DNA of 64,000 nt. Source: an uncultured virus (IMG/VR IMGVR_UViG_3300027739_000008) (lineage: Duplodnaviria; Heunggongvirae; Uroviricota; Caudoviricetes). The stretch lies in IMG/VR virus record IMGVR_UViG_3300027739_000008; one strand, 5' to 3'. Position numbers and translations under genes: made by a program. Of this stretch, positions 53,611 through 63,164 are shown one piece after another; within the stretch, counting starts at the first letter, position 1; each line of letters opens with the position of its first letter. Below the pieces are notes generated by a model. It was not told the origin of the DNA, ran no database searches, and was given only the letters and a program-made list of their open reading frames with translations.

Positions 53611-54625
53611 TCTTTCCCCCTTTATAATTCATGCCGTTTTCATACTTTACCCAATCTTTCGAAGCGTCAATAACTTCACCAAGAGAAAACCGTAAGAGGT
53701 CGGGGACGAAAAGATGATCCACGCATTCCGCCCGCTCGCCCTTGGCCGTAATTTCAGAATCGTCCTTTGCGCATTCCCACACGCCCGAGCCGTCAGGACG
53801 AACCCGAGCGCAGGGCGTCGAGTGCAGACACGTCCGGCAATTCCTTTCGATCCTCGATCGGTCGAACGGGAAAAACTCCCAATGGTCGCCCGCCGAACGC
53901 CACTCCGTCCCAAAACAAAGACCGTGATACTCGCAAAATAGGCAATATTGGTTTTTCGGATCATCCGACAACACACCCGACGGACGCGGCGACTCGACAA
54001 CCGCCACCGCTTTACCCGCGAGACCCTGAGCCATCAGGTGATCCAATTTTACCCGTTCCCCGTAGATTTTGTCGGTGTTTTTGTTGACGGCGATGTACAT
54101 TGCCCGGTCAAACTCGCCGGGAAAAACCTCGTTCATCTTGTACATATAGACTTGCATCTGCGCGAAATGGTAGGGCTTGGCCTGTTGCACTCCCTTGTTT
54201 TTTAATTCCTGAAATGATTTCTCGTTATGCGTCTTGAACTCGACGACGTGCCACTTTTTCGGCGCTTCCTCGAAACCTTGGGCGATCCCGTCGAGCGACC
54301 CGCCCGAGTGTTCGCAGAAACTTACGCGGAACTGTTGGCCGGTCGAGGGATCGCGGTCGTAAACAGTTATCCCCGCGTTTCGGAGGTCGGCGACTATCCG
54401 TCCTTCCTCGCGGTTTCCGGTATCGAAAAGTCGAAGGACACGTCCGGGGAAGCGCGGTGCAATCGCCCAGCGGAAGGAAAACCAGAGGGCTCGGCGGCAG
54501 GGATTCCCCAAGAGGGACGCCCCGAGGTGGGGGCGGCGCCAATCGGAGCTATTTTTTTCGTAGGCCTGATATACCCGTTTCACGAAGCGAGCCGGTGGGC
54601 GGATGGCGGAGGTGATGTCAGGCAT
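53570..54625 (-). CDS. PD-(D/E)XK Cas4-like exonuclease (unit B)
   Basis: Homolog of 15270-16313. Confidence 0.85.
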   Translation of the reverse strand: MPDITSAIRPPARFVKRVYQAYEKNSSDWRRPHLGASLLGNPCRRALWFSFRWAIAPRFPGRVLRLFDTGNREEGRIVADLRNAGITVYDRDPSTGQQFRVSFCEHSGGSLDGIAQGFEEAPKKWHVVEFKTHNEKSFQELKNKGVQQAKPYHFAQMQVYMYKMNEVFPGEFDRAMYIAVNKNTDKIYGERVKLDHLMAQGLAGKAVAVVESPRPSGVLSDDPKNQYCLFCEYHGLCFGTEWRSAGDHWEFFPFDRSRIERNCRTCLHSTPCARVRPDGSGVWECAKDDSEITAKGERAECVDHLFVPDLLRFSLGEVIDASKDWVKYENGMNYKGGKIENVHFGTDNGTS

Positions 54626-54772
54626 GAATTATGTGCTCCACGGCTGCGCGCTTGTTCTCCAAAGACGCGCACTCTACCGGCCTCTGCCATAACGCTATGG
54701 CCGTAATCATGATGACGCGCGTAACGCGCCCCGCGTGAAACTCGGCCATGACGGCCATAAGGTCAGAATAAT

Positions 54773-54976
54773 TCATTTTGTACCCCCAGAGTTTTCTTTA
54801 AGATTCTCAATCGCCTGTCGTTTAAGCGCCTCGAACAGCTCCGCCACGGCGGCATAGTCACGCGAGTTGGTTGCCGACAAGGTGATAATATTTTCCCCCG
54901 CGAAAGACGCGGAGGCGACGAAATTGCCGTCCACATCGTCGATGGTAACGGTCAGGCCGTTTATGATGGTTTTCAT
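54773..54976 (-). CDS. Hypothetical (unit B)
   Basis: Homolog of 17354-17545. Confidence 0.6.
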   Translation of the reverse strand: MKTIINGLTVTIDDVDGNFVASASFAGENIITLSATNSRDYAAVAELFEALKRQAIENLKENSGGTK

Positions 54977-55300
54977 ACAAGCTACGTTTTGTACTGATGC
55001 ACAACGCGAGCGTAGAATCCGGGCTCGACCTTGAGAAGCTCGCAGTCGTCGTCATCTTCGATTTCCGCGAGTTTCTTGTCGAGCTCGGCTTTCGTCCGAA
55101 AGCAGATAGTTTCTTCTTCGTCTTCATGGTCGCAGTATTCGCAATCGCATTCATGCGGTATTGAAATCGTAACCATGAAACCCTCACCCGTAAAAATCTC
55201 ATATGGGGCTATTTTTTCGAGGTCGGACTCCGAAAAATACTTTTTCGGGTTCAGTACGGGGCCGTCGTCTTTTCGGAAAACCTGCATTGATGAAATCATT

Positions 55301-55537
55301 TTACCGCATCTCCTTTTCCATTTCTTTCCGCTCTTGCAGTTTCGCGTGAATCGCGTTCCACGAGAGCGCCCGTGCGTTTTCCCGCACGTCATGAGGCAGG
55401 GTCGAAAGATCCTCGACATCGGGGTACTGGATGCGCAGGAAGATAGACACGCACCGATACAGCTCGCCGGAAATTACCGCCCGGCGAAAGCGTGGGTCTT
55501 GGAGGACGTTTTCATTGGCCATCGGCTGACTCCTCAA
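55301..55537 (-). CDS. Hypothetical
   Basis: LQDPRFRRAV motif shared with unit A ORF ending at 17542. Confidence 0.55.
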   Translation of the reverse strand: MRSQPMANENVLQDPRFRRAVISGELYRCVSIFLRIQYPDVEDLSTLPHDVRENARALSWNAIHAKLQERKEMEKEMR

Positions 55538-55805
55538 CTGGCATTATGTTACAACGGCAATTCGGATGGAAATTTACCGCAATTAATTTCGGCTTCCAAA
55601 ACTGCCATCTTTTACGGTTTGGATTAACGATTATAGAAACAGGTGCTCCTATTTCAATTTTTTCACCTGCTACGGTATGATCCTTTTTTATTCGGGTATC
55701 TTGAGCAGCACCCCAAACATACCTCCCCGCGCTATGCGACTCCGGGCCAAAAAGCGCGCCCCGCAAAGCTATTATAATTCTTTGTACAAACTTAAAAAAC
55801 TTCAT
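55512..55805 (-). CDS. Hypothetical with MuF-like C-terminal motifs
   Basis: RYVW.AAQD.R...H...G, HPNCRC; after TTGACA-17-TAGAAT promoter. Confidence 0.55.
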   Translation of the reverse strand: MKFFKFVQRIIIALRGALFGPESHSAGRYVWGAAQDTRIKKDHTVAGEKIEIGAPVSIIVNPNRKRWQFWKPKLIAVNFHPNCRCNIMPVEESADGQ

Positions 55806-55951
55806 TCCGTCCCCCTGTATGTTTTTAATTCTATACCAGAAAATAAACCATGTCAAATAAAATCGGCGTTTTTCTCGTTTATTTTTGTATAATAAAATAA
55901 ACGAGAAAAACGGCCCCATAGAGGGGCCGGGCCTGATGGGGGCCTATAAAG

Positions 55952-56476
55952 TTACTTCCCCGGCCAGTTTTCCCACGGCTTGTAGGGGGCTCCCGTCGCC
56001 GGGTTGATGGGGGGCTGTCCGGCGGTTGCGGGCGCGGGCTTGGTCTGCACCGTTATCGGCGCGGCCTGAGTCGTTTGGTACGCCATATAGTTCTTGATAC
56101 GGTTCGAGGGCCCGTACTCGCCCTGTCCCGGCTGGATGCCGACCTTGACGGTCATCGGGATATTGTGGAGTTCCTCAGAGTTCTGCGGTCTCGGGGCTCC
56201 TGCGGGAATAACGGCATTAACAATAGAGCTGAGTTCTCGGTTGGCAATATCGACGGCCTTGGTGTTCGGGTTCCATAGGTTAAGGATCACGAAAATGATC
56301 CGTCCCTGATACTCGCCTTCGATGATCTCGACGCGGAGGCTCAGGTATTGGCCGTCCCCGGCCTTCGTCGGCTTGATTTCGGATTCCGTAATAACGGCCT
56401 TATAGTCGCCGACCGGGATCGGGGTAAAGTCGTCCATCGGTTTCGCGTTCTGGTAGTCATTTCCTAATGCGGGCAT
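55952..56476 (-). CDS. DUF669 SSB (unit B)
   Basis: Homolog of 18160-18675. Confidence 0.85.
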   Translation of the reverse strand: MPALGNDYQNAKPMDDFTPIPVGDYKAVITESEIKPTKAGDGQYLSLRVEIIEGEYQGRIIFVILNLWNPNTKAVDIANRELSSIVNAVIPAGAPRPQNSEELHNIPMTVKVGIQPGQGEYGPSNRIKNYMAYQTTQAAPITVQTKPAPATAGQPPINPATGAPYKPWENWPGK

Positions 56477-56625
56477 ATTATTTCCTTACGGCTTGTGCCG
56501 AGTTTTTGAAAGTACCCGGCGCGCGCTAACGGCGGCCGGGGGTGAGTGCTATCTTTTTCTTAATAGGTAAATGCCACAGCAAAAACAAATTATAGAAAAA
56601 GCCGCGACGCCAACATCGGAGATGC

Positions 56626-57387
56626 TCATACCAAATACTCCGCGAACGGGTTGACGCCTTCCACGAAGGGAAGATCGACCTTGATCCCGAGGCGATTCTT
56701 CGATACGTGCGCCGGGTGCGGGTAACAGGTTATTATCCGTTCGCCCGAGGTGTTCGCCCGCTTGCCGTCCTTGTCGGTGCCGGTCACAAAGGTTTTGAGC
56801 TTCAGGAAGGCCACGACATCCACGTCGTCCACGTAGTGGGATACGGATTTCTTGTGCATCCGGATCGTATACCGCGAGAACTGGGGCTGGTCGGGGAGGT
56901 CAAGGGATTCGACCTCGACATGGGCGAGAAAAAGGACGTTCATGCCCTTTTCGTCGGCGAGCCGCTGCGCGATCTTGCGGAGCTCAAAATGATAGTTCGC
57001 AACCGCGGAATACCCCGCTCCATACCCGCCGAGGGCGGTGTTGATCGACGCGCCTTTTCCGCCCGCTTTCCGGTCTGCTTCCATGATCTCGGCCTCGGCG
57101 AAGGTGTTGAACTTGGTCACGGTGTCGAAGGCCACGGTCTTGAAGGGGTGATCCTCCGTGAGCAAGGCGAGCGCCGCTTCCATGACGTCGCCGGTGCTCT
57201 TCGCGACGGGGAACATGGCAACGTCCCCGCGAGATTCGATCGATTTCGAGCCGTCCTCGGCGCGAACCATTACCAGTCCGGGGAAGTATGAGGCGAGCGT
57301 CGTTTTACCGATACCGCCCTCCCCGCAAATGGTCATAATGAGCGGCCGCCGTTCCGGGGCGGTCAGAGAGCTGAGGGATATTGCCAT
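56626..57387 (-). CDS. Sak4-like ATPase (unit B)
   Basis: Near-identical protein to 19048-19809. Confidence 0.88.
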   Translation of the reverse strand: MAISLSSLTAPERRPLIMTICGEGGIGKTTLASYFPGLVMVRAEDGSKSIESRGDVAMFPVAKSTGDVMEAALALLTEDHPFKTVAFDTVTKFNTFAEAEIMEADRKAGGKGASINTALGGYGAGYSAVANYHFELRKIAQRLADEKGMNVLFLAHVEVESLDLPDQPQFSRYTIRMHKKSVSHYVDDVDVVAFLKLKTFVTGTDKDGKRANTSGERIITCYPHPAHVSKNRLGIKVDLPFVEGVNPFAEYLV

Positions 57388-57390
57388 CGC

Positions 57391-58041
57391 TTACCTCACC
57401 ACCAGGGTCGAGCCCTGAGCATAGCGAACGCCGGGGAGGGACAATTCTATTTCCCCGCTCGGGTCCTGCAGTGTCGGCGCGGCTATGGTATAGAAAACCT
57501 TGTCCCGGTCGAGCGGATTTTCCGCGTCCGGTTTCTGGTACAGTGTTCCCGCGGCCAGCCCTTCCTTGATCTTGGTCGCCGAAAGCTCGGGTTCCTTGTA
57601 CAGGAAGGCCGGGATCAGGTTAATATCGAACGAGCTATCGGTTTTGACCGATGCCCCCGTCGCCTGAATTCCTGCAGAGAAAAGCGCGGTTTTGTGCTTT
57701 CTCATGCCGAGCGCGTCGAACGCAAACCAAAGAAGATCCTTGATCCGTCCAGCCTCGTTCTCTCGGGCCTTCGCGCGTTTTGAAAGGCGTTCCATCTCTT
57801 CCTTGAAGGAATCGCGCTCGGCCTGTGCGGTCGCGGCGGTTGCTTTCAAGTTTTTGAAGAACTTGCAGATTTTGTCAAATTTGGAATCGAACGCCTCGGT
57901 TTCCTCTTTGACCCACGCCGCGAAGGTTATTTTTTCTTCGTCGGTCAGTTCCCGAGTTTCCCCGGTTTCCTCGTCGGTCAGCGATTCGATCAACGCGGAA
58001 AGCGTCTTGATATCCCCGACGATGCTGTAAATAGTGCTCAT
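57391..58041 (-). CDS. Gp157-like protein (unit B)
   Basis: Homolog of 19811-20458. Confidence 0.75.
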   Translation of the reverse strand: MSTIYSIVGDIKTLSALIESLTDEETGETRELTDEEKITFAAWVKEETEAFDSKFDKICKFFKNLKATAATAQAERDSFKEEMERLSKRAKARENEAGRIKDLLWFAFDALGMRKHKTALFSAGIQATGASVKTDSSFDINLIPAFLYKEPELSATKIKEGLAAGTLYQKPDAENPLDRDKVFYTIAAPTLQDPSGEIELSLPGVRYAQGSTLVVR

Positions 58042-58072
58042 GGCACCTCCTTTCTACTCTCAAACTATGGCC

Positions 58073-58158
58073 AGTATAGCGCCAGTATTTTTTTATGTCA
58101 AGCATTATTTTTATTTTTATTTATATCTATTGACTTATTTAATTTATGCGGGTAATCT
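58073..58158. promoter_or_regulatory. Divergent promoter pair (unit B)
   Basis: Leftward TTGACA-17-TATACT (58101-58073); rightward TTGACT-17-TAATCT (58130-58158). Confidence 0.8.
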
Positions 58159-58177
58159 GTTCTATATGGAGGAATCA

Positions 58178-58357
58178 ATGATTTCCAATGATGAGATAAA
58201 AAAGAAACTCGAAGACCGCAACGTAAAGGTTGTCGCGGCTCGGATCGGAGTTTCCCGGCAAACACTGTATAACTGGATGGCGGGCAAGAGTGAGCTTTCT
58301 TTACCGACATATAGAAACCTTGTCGAGTATTTATTCCCGGAAGAAACCGCAAAATAA
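58178..58357 (+). CDS. Cro-like HTH protein (unit B allele)
   Basis: VAARIGVSRQTLYNWMAG; GGAGG RBS. Confidence 0.8.
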   Translation: MISNDEIKKKLEDRNVKVVAARIGVSRQTLYNWMAGKSELSLPTYRNLVEYLFPEETAK

Positions 58358-58366
58358 GGACGCCTC

Positions 58367-60511
58367 ATGACAAATCTTCAAGCAGCCCTTGAGTATGCGG
58401 CGCGCGGGTGGCCAGTTATTCCTCTTCATACCGCACGTCCTGACGGATCATGCACGTGTAGGCATGACGATTGCAGAAGTATAGGAAAGCATCCGCGTAT
58501 TGAAAAAGGTCTTTTGAATGCTTCTACCGATCCTGAAAAAATAAAAGGATGGTGGGGTGGATGGCCCGCCGCAAATATCGGCGTGGTAACTGGTCCCGAA
58601 TCCGGTATTATCGTTATGGATATCGATGATGAGGAGCTTGCCAAAGAAGCGATCGGCGACAAGGAAATTCCCGAAACGCTCATGCAGGAAACCGGATCGG
58701 GCGGGAAACACCTGATTTTCGCGTATCCCGGGAAGCCGGTCAAATCGGGGACGAAGATCATACCAGGAGTCGACTCTCGCGCGGATGGCGGGTATATCGT
58801 TGTCCCCCCGTCAAATCACAAATCGGGGAGAAATTACGAATGGATCAATTCCTTCGATCCTGCCCCCGCTCCCACATGGTGGGTTGACCTCATCGACAAG
58901 TCAACCGCGCCAATTCATACCGCGCGGACAGATAACCCGGAAGGTTCGGCAATTTTCGAGGGGTCCCGTAATAACTCCCTTACGTCGGTCGCCGGTTCCC
59001 TGCGCAAGTTGGGTTTCGGATACGATGAAATTCTTGCGTCTTTATTGAACCGTAACGCGGCCGCCTGTCGACCCCCTCTCGACGAAAAAGAAGTCGAAAT
59101 AATAGCCCGGTCGGTTTCCGGATATGCGATAAAGACGACGGAAGAGGAAGCCGCCGAAAAAGAAGGCGGGCTTATTGCCTCCCGGATATGGGAAGCGGAA
59201 CAGAAAAAGCGGGCGGAAATCATTATCGCGTCGAAAGTAACCGCAGCGGGTCCCATGCCGGAAGGCATTATCCCGAACGATGGCCTTTTGCGCGAGGTGT
59301 ATGAATACGTGATGTCGATATCCCGGAAGGAGCAGCCGCTCGCTGCCCTCGGCGCCGCAATATCAGTGGTTTCCACGCTCATGAACCGAAAATATGCTTC
59401 CTATACCAATCTCCGGGCGAACGTGTTCATAGCGACTCTGATACCTTCCGGGCAGGGTAAAGACGTTGTTATCGGGGTAATACCGGATCTTTTGATCCGT
59501 GCCGGTGCGGAACGGTTCGTCGGCGGAGAGCCGGTTTCCGGGACCGCGATCATATCGGCGTTATCTGAAGTACCAGTCCGTTGCTATGCCCTCGACGAAT
59601 ACGGCCGGTATCTTTCAGGGGTAAACAATAAAAATGCGAACCCGAATAAAATAGAGATCGGTGACGTGCTCACGAAAATCTGGTCATGCTCGAATAAGCC
59701 GTATACTGGAAAGGAACGGGCGGACCGGAAAACAAACAAACAGCTTATTATTAGATCCCCTTTCGTCGTCGTGAACGGTGTCACGGTCCCGGATCGCTTT
59801 TGGTCGGCGATTACTTCGATGGACGCTTCGGACGGATTCCTTGGTCGGTATATCGTGCTCAATTCTCCGGATTACGCGAAAACGCTTTTCCCGGAACATG
59901 GTGCACCCCCCGCGTCACTCATCGACAAACTGAAGAGCCTTTATGAGTTTTTCCCGCAATCGGGGAATTTGGCCTCGGTGTATTCCCCGGAAATCGAGAT
60001 TGACCCGGTTGTTATTGTCCCGAGTCCCGACGCGCGGGAAATGTGGGAAGAGCTCGCGGAAAAGTATTCCCGGATAGCTTTCGAGAAAAAGGCATTTTCC
60101 AGTATTTATAACCGCGTCGCTGAAAATGCGATGAAACTCGCGATGATCTACGCTACTGCGCGGGACTACAAAAAGCCGTCTATGACTCTTGAGGCGATGA
60201 GCTGGGGGGCTTCTTTGGCGATATGGTCCGCCGAGACGATCGTCGAGCAGATTCAACGGTGCGTCGCGGATAACGAAAACGAAAAGCTTTTCAAGGAAAT
60301 TATTGCACTTATTCAGGATGCAGGACCCGAAGGGGTTCCCCCGTCGGTACTCATTCAACGCAAGGGACTGGGAAAAGGAGGGTTTGCTTGGAAGGACATA
60401 ATGGCTCAAATTGAGGCGTCAGGATCGGTATTTTTGCAGACTAAAAAGCCTGAGGGATCGGGAAGGCCGTCGACTCGATGGGTCGCAGCCGAGTTTTTTC
60501 AAGCTGAATAA
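58367..60511 (+). CDS. Bifunctional primase-polymerase (Prim-Pol, AEP) + PriCT + DUF3987-like helicase domain
   Basis: AL.YA.RGW.V.PL, NIG.VTG, MDID, TGSGG.H, D.RA.GGY.V.PPS.H, EG.RN, PSGQGKD, LDE, DGFLGR. Confidence 0.9.
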   Translation: MTNLQAALEYAARGWPVIPLHTARPDGSCTCRHDDCRSIGKHPRIEKGLLNASTDPEKIKGWWGGWPAANIGVVTGPESGIIVMDIDDEELAKEAIGDKEIPETLMQETGSGGKHLIFAYPGKPVKSGTKIIPGVDSRADGGYIVVPPSNHKSGRNYEWINSFDPAPAPTWWVDLIDKSTAPIHTARTDNPEGSAIFEGSRNNSLTSVAGSLRKLGFGYDEILASLLNRNAAACRPPLDEKEVEIIARSVSGYAIKTTEEEAAEKEGGLIASRIWEAEQKKRAEIIIASKVTAAGPMPEGIIPNDGLLREVYEYVMSISRKEQPLAALGAAISVVSTLMNRKYASYTNLRANVFIATLIPSGQGKDVVIGVIPDLLIRAGAERFVGGEPVSGTAIISALSEVPVRCYALDEYGRYLSGVNNKNANPNKIEIGDVLTKIWSCSNKPYTGKERADRKTNKQLIIRSPFVVVNGVTVPDRFWSAITSMDASDGFLGRYIVLNSPDYAKTLFPEHGAPPASLIDKLKSLYEFFPQSGNLASVYSPEIEIDPVVIVPSPDAREMWEELAEKYSRIAFEKKAFSSIYNRVAENAMKLAMIYATARDYKKPSMTLEAMSWGASLAIWSAETIVEQIQRCVADNENEKLFKEIIALIQDAGPEGVPPSVLIQRKGLGKGGFAWKDIMAQIEASGSVFLQTKKPEGSGRPSTRWVAAEFFQAE

Positions 60512-60785
60512 ATTATTTTTTAAACTAATAATTTATTCATGTATCCAATAATTTATTATCCGGTATTCTAAAAAACAAAGGATTTCGGGTTTTTAAGGGT
60601 AATAAATTATAGTTTATTGAATAAATTATGACATAAAAAATAATTTATTCAAAGAAAATAAGTATATGTATGGTAAAGACTTAGATACTGTTTTAATATA
60701 TATAAATGAATATATTATTATATTATTAGTAATAGTCTATATTTTCACTTTATATATATAGGGGTTGTAATTTATAATTTATTAG
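60507..60785. repeat. Putative replication origin B: ATAATTTATT/AATAAATTAT iterons in very AT-rich DNA
   Basis: About seven copies in both orientations directly after Prim-Pol gene. Confidence 0.65.
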
Positions 60786-60851
60786 TTTTGACACTAAGTG
60801 TATGAAAAAAGACACACTTTATTTTTATACCGAAAAGGAGTAAACTAAATC

Positions 60852-61082
60852 ATGGTTCAAAGAATTTGTATCAAAGCGCAATCGTGTAAAACAGCGCCCT
60901 CTTGCCAGCATGGTCGCCCGCATAACCCTTGCCCTGACTGCGAGGTTCGCGAGTGTTTTGTCGGCGGGCAGGTGAGGTGCAAGCCGTATGTCGAGAAAAA
61001 AGGGGGAGATAACGACTGGCAAGATAACGAGGTTCACCCGGACGATCAGGGGCTTGAACGCGGATATGGTGGCAAGCCGTGA
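60852..61082 (+). CDS. Cys-rich hypothetical
   Basis: AAGGAG RBS; multiple Cys/His. Confidence 0.55.
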   Translation: MVQRICIKAQSCKTAPSCQHGRPHNPCPDCEVRECFVGGQVRCKPYVEKKGGDNDWQDNEVHPDDQGLERGYGGKP

Positions 61083-61441
61083 CAAAAACTCGTAATTACG
61101 CCGAATCCCGGCTACAAGCTGAAGCAGTAAAAGAACTATCTCTCCTAGGTGTTTATGTAATGCAAATACCTAACGGCGAGATTGCCAATATGTCAAAAAA
61201 GAAGTTCGCCCGACTGGTTGCCATGGGATTCCGCAAGGGTGCTTGGGACACGCTTTTGTTAGAACGCAATAAAAACCGTTTTTTCGGTCTTGAGTTTAAA
61301 CAGCCGGGAGAAGAGCAGCTTCCTTCTCAAAAAGCTTTCGAGCAAGTTTGTATCGCAAATAATTGGCCGTACAAAATAGCGGAGACGGTGGAGCAGGCTA
61401 TCGAGTCGGCGAAAGAATGGGGATTGATTAAGGGTATTTGA
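61079..61441 (+). CDS. VRR-NUC nuclease (unit B)
   Basis: Homolog of 23118-23468. Confidence 0.8.
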   Translation: MTKTRNYAESRLQAEAVKELSLLGVYVMQIPNGEIANMSKKKFARLVAMGFRKGAWDTLLLERNKNRFFGLEFKQPGEEQLPSQKAFEQVCIANNWPYKIAETVEQAIESAKEWGLIKGI

Positions 61442-61488
61442 CAAGAAATTGTTATAGTGTTATGATTTTTATAACAAACGGGAGAAAT

Positions 61489-62037
61489 ATGAAGATCATA
61501 AAAATATCTGGGTTTGAAGTTATTATCGATGACGAAGATTTTGAAAGAATTAAAAAACTTGGCTGGTATGTTCAAAAAAATCAAGACTATAAAGACGGAC
61601 GATTTTATTTTAATGCGGAAGTATTTATAAACGATAAAAGAACGGTAACAAAATTACACCGTTTTATAATGGGTTGTCAGGTTGGAGATAAAAAGCAAAT
61701 AGATCATATAAACGGAAATACTCTTGATAACAGAAAAGAGAATTTAAGATTTTGTACAAACAGTGAAAACATGGCAAATAAAAAGTTAATATCAAAAAAC
61801 AATAAATCAGGATATAAAGGTGTTAGTGTTGCAGGAAAGAAGTGGAAGGCGACGGTATATGTAAACTCAAAAGCATATAATTTGGGATACTTTGTAGATC
61901 CAAAAGAAGCAGCTAAGGAATACGATAATATGGTCAGATTCACCCACGGTCGATTTGCTCGCGTTAATTTCCCTGATGAAAAATATGATGAAGAAAAAGC
62001 TATTAAAATAGCTAAGGGGTGGGGATTATGCCGGTAG
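61489..62037 (+). CDS. HNH-AP2 homing endonuclease
   Basis: LHRFIM, IDHINGN.LDNRKENLR, N..N, SGYKGV, W.A, LG.F...EAA..YD. Confidence 0.92.
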   Translation: MKIIKISGFEVIIDDEDFERIKKLGWYVQKNQDYKDGRFYFNAEVFINDKRTVTKLHRFIMGCQVGDKKQIDHINGNTLDNRKENLRFCTNSENMANKKLISKNNKSGYKGVSVAGKKWKATVYVNSKAYNLGYFVDPKEAAKEYDNMVRFTHGRFARVNFPDEKYDEEKAIKIAKGWGLCR

Positions 62038-62606
62038 CGAAGAAGAAAAGAACTGGCGGTAAAGTCACGAAAGAAAGGGATCATGAACAAAATATATTTT
62101 TTCATGAACAGAACGCAAACGAAATTGCTGAATATTTATATCCGCATTATAAATCATTTGAAAAATGCGTCATTCTTGATGCCTGTTCAGGACTTGGGGT
62201 TTTGGGAAATGCTTTTTCAAAACGAACAGGTAAAACAATGGTTTTCTTTTATGACAAAAAAGACGGTGCTGATATATTAAAAGCAGCCGGGGAATACGAC
62301 CTTATTGTTTGCAATCCTCCTTGGAGGCTTTCGGAAGCGTTGCCAATATATGAGCATCTTTTAAATTTGCTTTCTCCAAACGGCATACTTTTTTTTATTA
62401 TAAATAATGTTTTTTGTTATCAGGGTTCGGATCGGGCGGAAAAACTTTGTTTCCAAAAATATTATTTTCTCCCTCGATGGACGTTCAAGCCCGCCGGTAG
62501 GCCTTTGCTTGATTGCGGGGTAATGGTTTATCATAAAAACGGGATTATCCCTCAGGAAGCGGCAAACCTTAGGCCGTATATTCCGTTAAAAAAGGTGGAA
62601 AAATAA
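62028..62606 (+). CDS. N6-adenine-type DNA methyltransferase-like protein
   Basis: ILDACSGLG (motif I) and CNPPW (motif IV). Confidence 0.75.
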   Translation: MPVAKKKRTGGKVTKERDHEQNIFFHEQNANEIAEYLYPHYKSFEKCVILDACSGLGVLGNAFSKRTGKTMVFFYDKKDGADILKAAGEYDLIVCNPPWRLSEALPIYEHLLNLLSPNGILFFIINNVFCYQGSDRAEKLCFQKYYFLPRWTFKPAGRPLLDCGVMVYHKNGIIPQEAANLRPYIPLKKVEK

Positions 62607-63164
62607 ATGCCGACGCCGAAACAAAAGGCAAAAACTATGCTCGAAACCAAGGCGAACCGGGAAGCGTTCGTTCGGGCATACATCGATAACGATTTCAAAG
62701 ACGCATCAAAAGTGTATGAAAAAGTATACGGTTGCTCGGCAAAGTCGGCGGTTTCTGCCGCGTCTCGTCTGTTGAAAGACGTCAATATCCAAGAGATGAT
62801 GGCGGCGGAACTGGCCGAGACCATGAAGATAGCGCGCATTCCCCTTGAGAAGCGAGTGGTCGATACGTGGATGAAGCGCGCGTTCTATGACGTCGCCGAT
62901 ATCGTCGATACACAAGGCGCGCTGAAGCACGATATGGACGAGCTGAAACGTCTCGGCCTCTCCGTCTGCATCGACGGGATCGACGTGAAGCCGGACAAGG
63001 ACGGCGGGGAGCACTACGTCTATAAACTCGCAGACCGGGACAAGGCGCTTGAAATGCTCCAAAAGTACGCGCAGATTATCAAGCCGTTCGACGCGCGGGT
63101 CTCGGGCTCGGAGAATGCCGGGGCGTTCGTGGTAGAGTTTTTGAAGACGGGCTCCCATGATTAA
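62607..63164 (+). CDS. terS: Terminase small subunit (unit B)
   Basis: Near-identical to 23459-24022. Confidence 0.8.
   Translation: MPTPKQKAKTMLETKANREAFVRAYIDNDFKDASKVYEKVYGCSAKSAVSAASRLLKDVNIQEMMAAELAETMKIARIPLEKRVVDTWMKRAFYDVADIVDTQGALKHDMDELKRLGLSVCIDGIDVKPDKDGGEHYVYKLADRDKALEMLQKYAQIIKPFDARVSGSENAGAFVVEFLKTGSHD

Noticed and set aside
60507..60785. TAATTTAT in origin B as further attI-like sites
   Set aside because: Not followed by GTT, no CTG/CAG palindrome or cassette; expected in very AT-rich iterons
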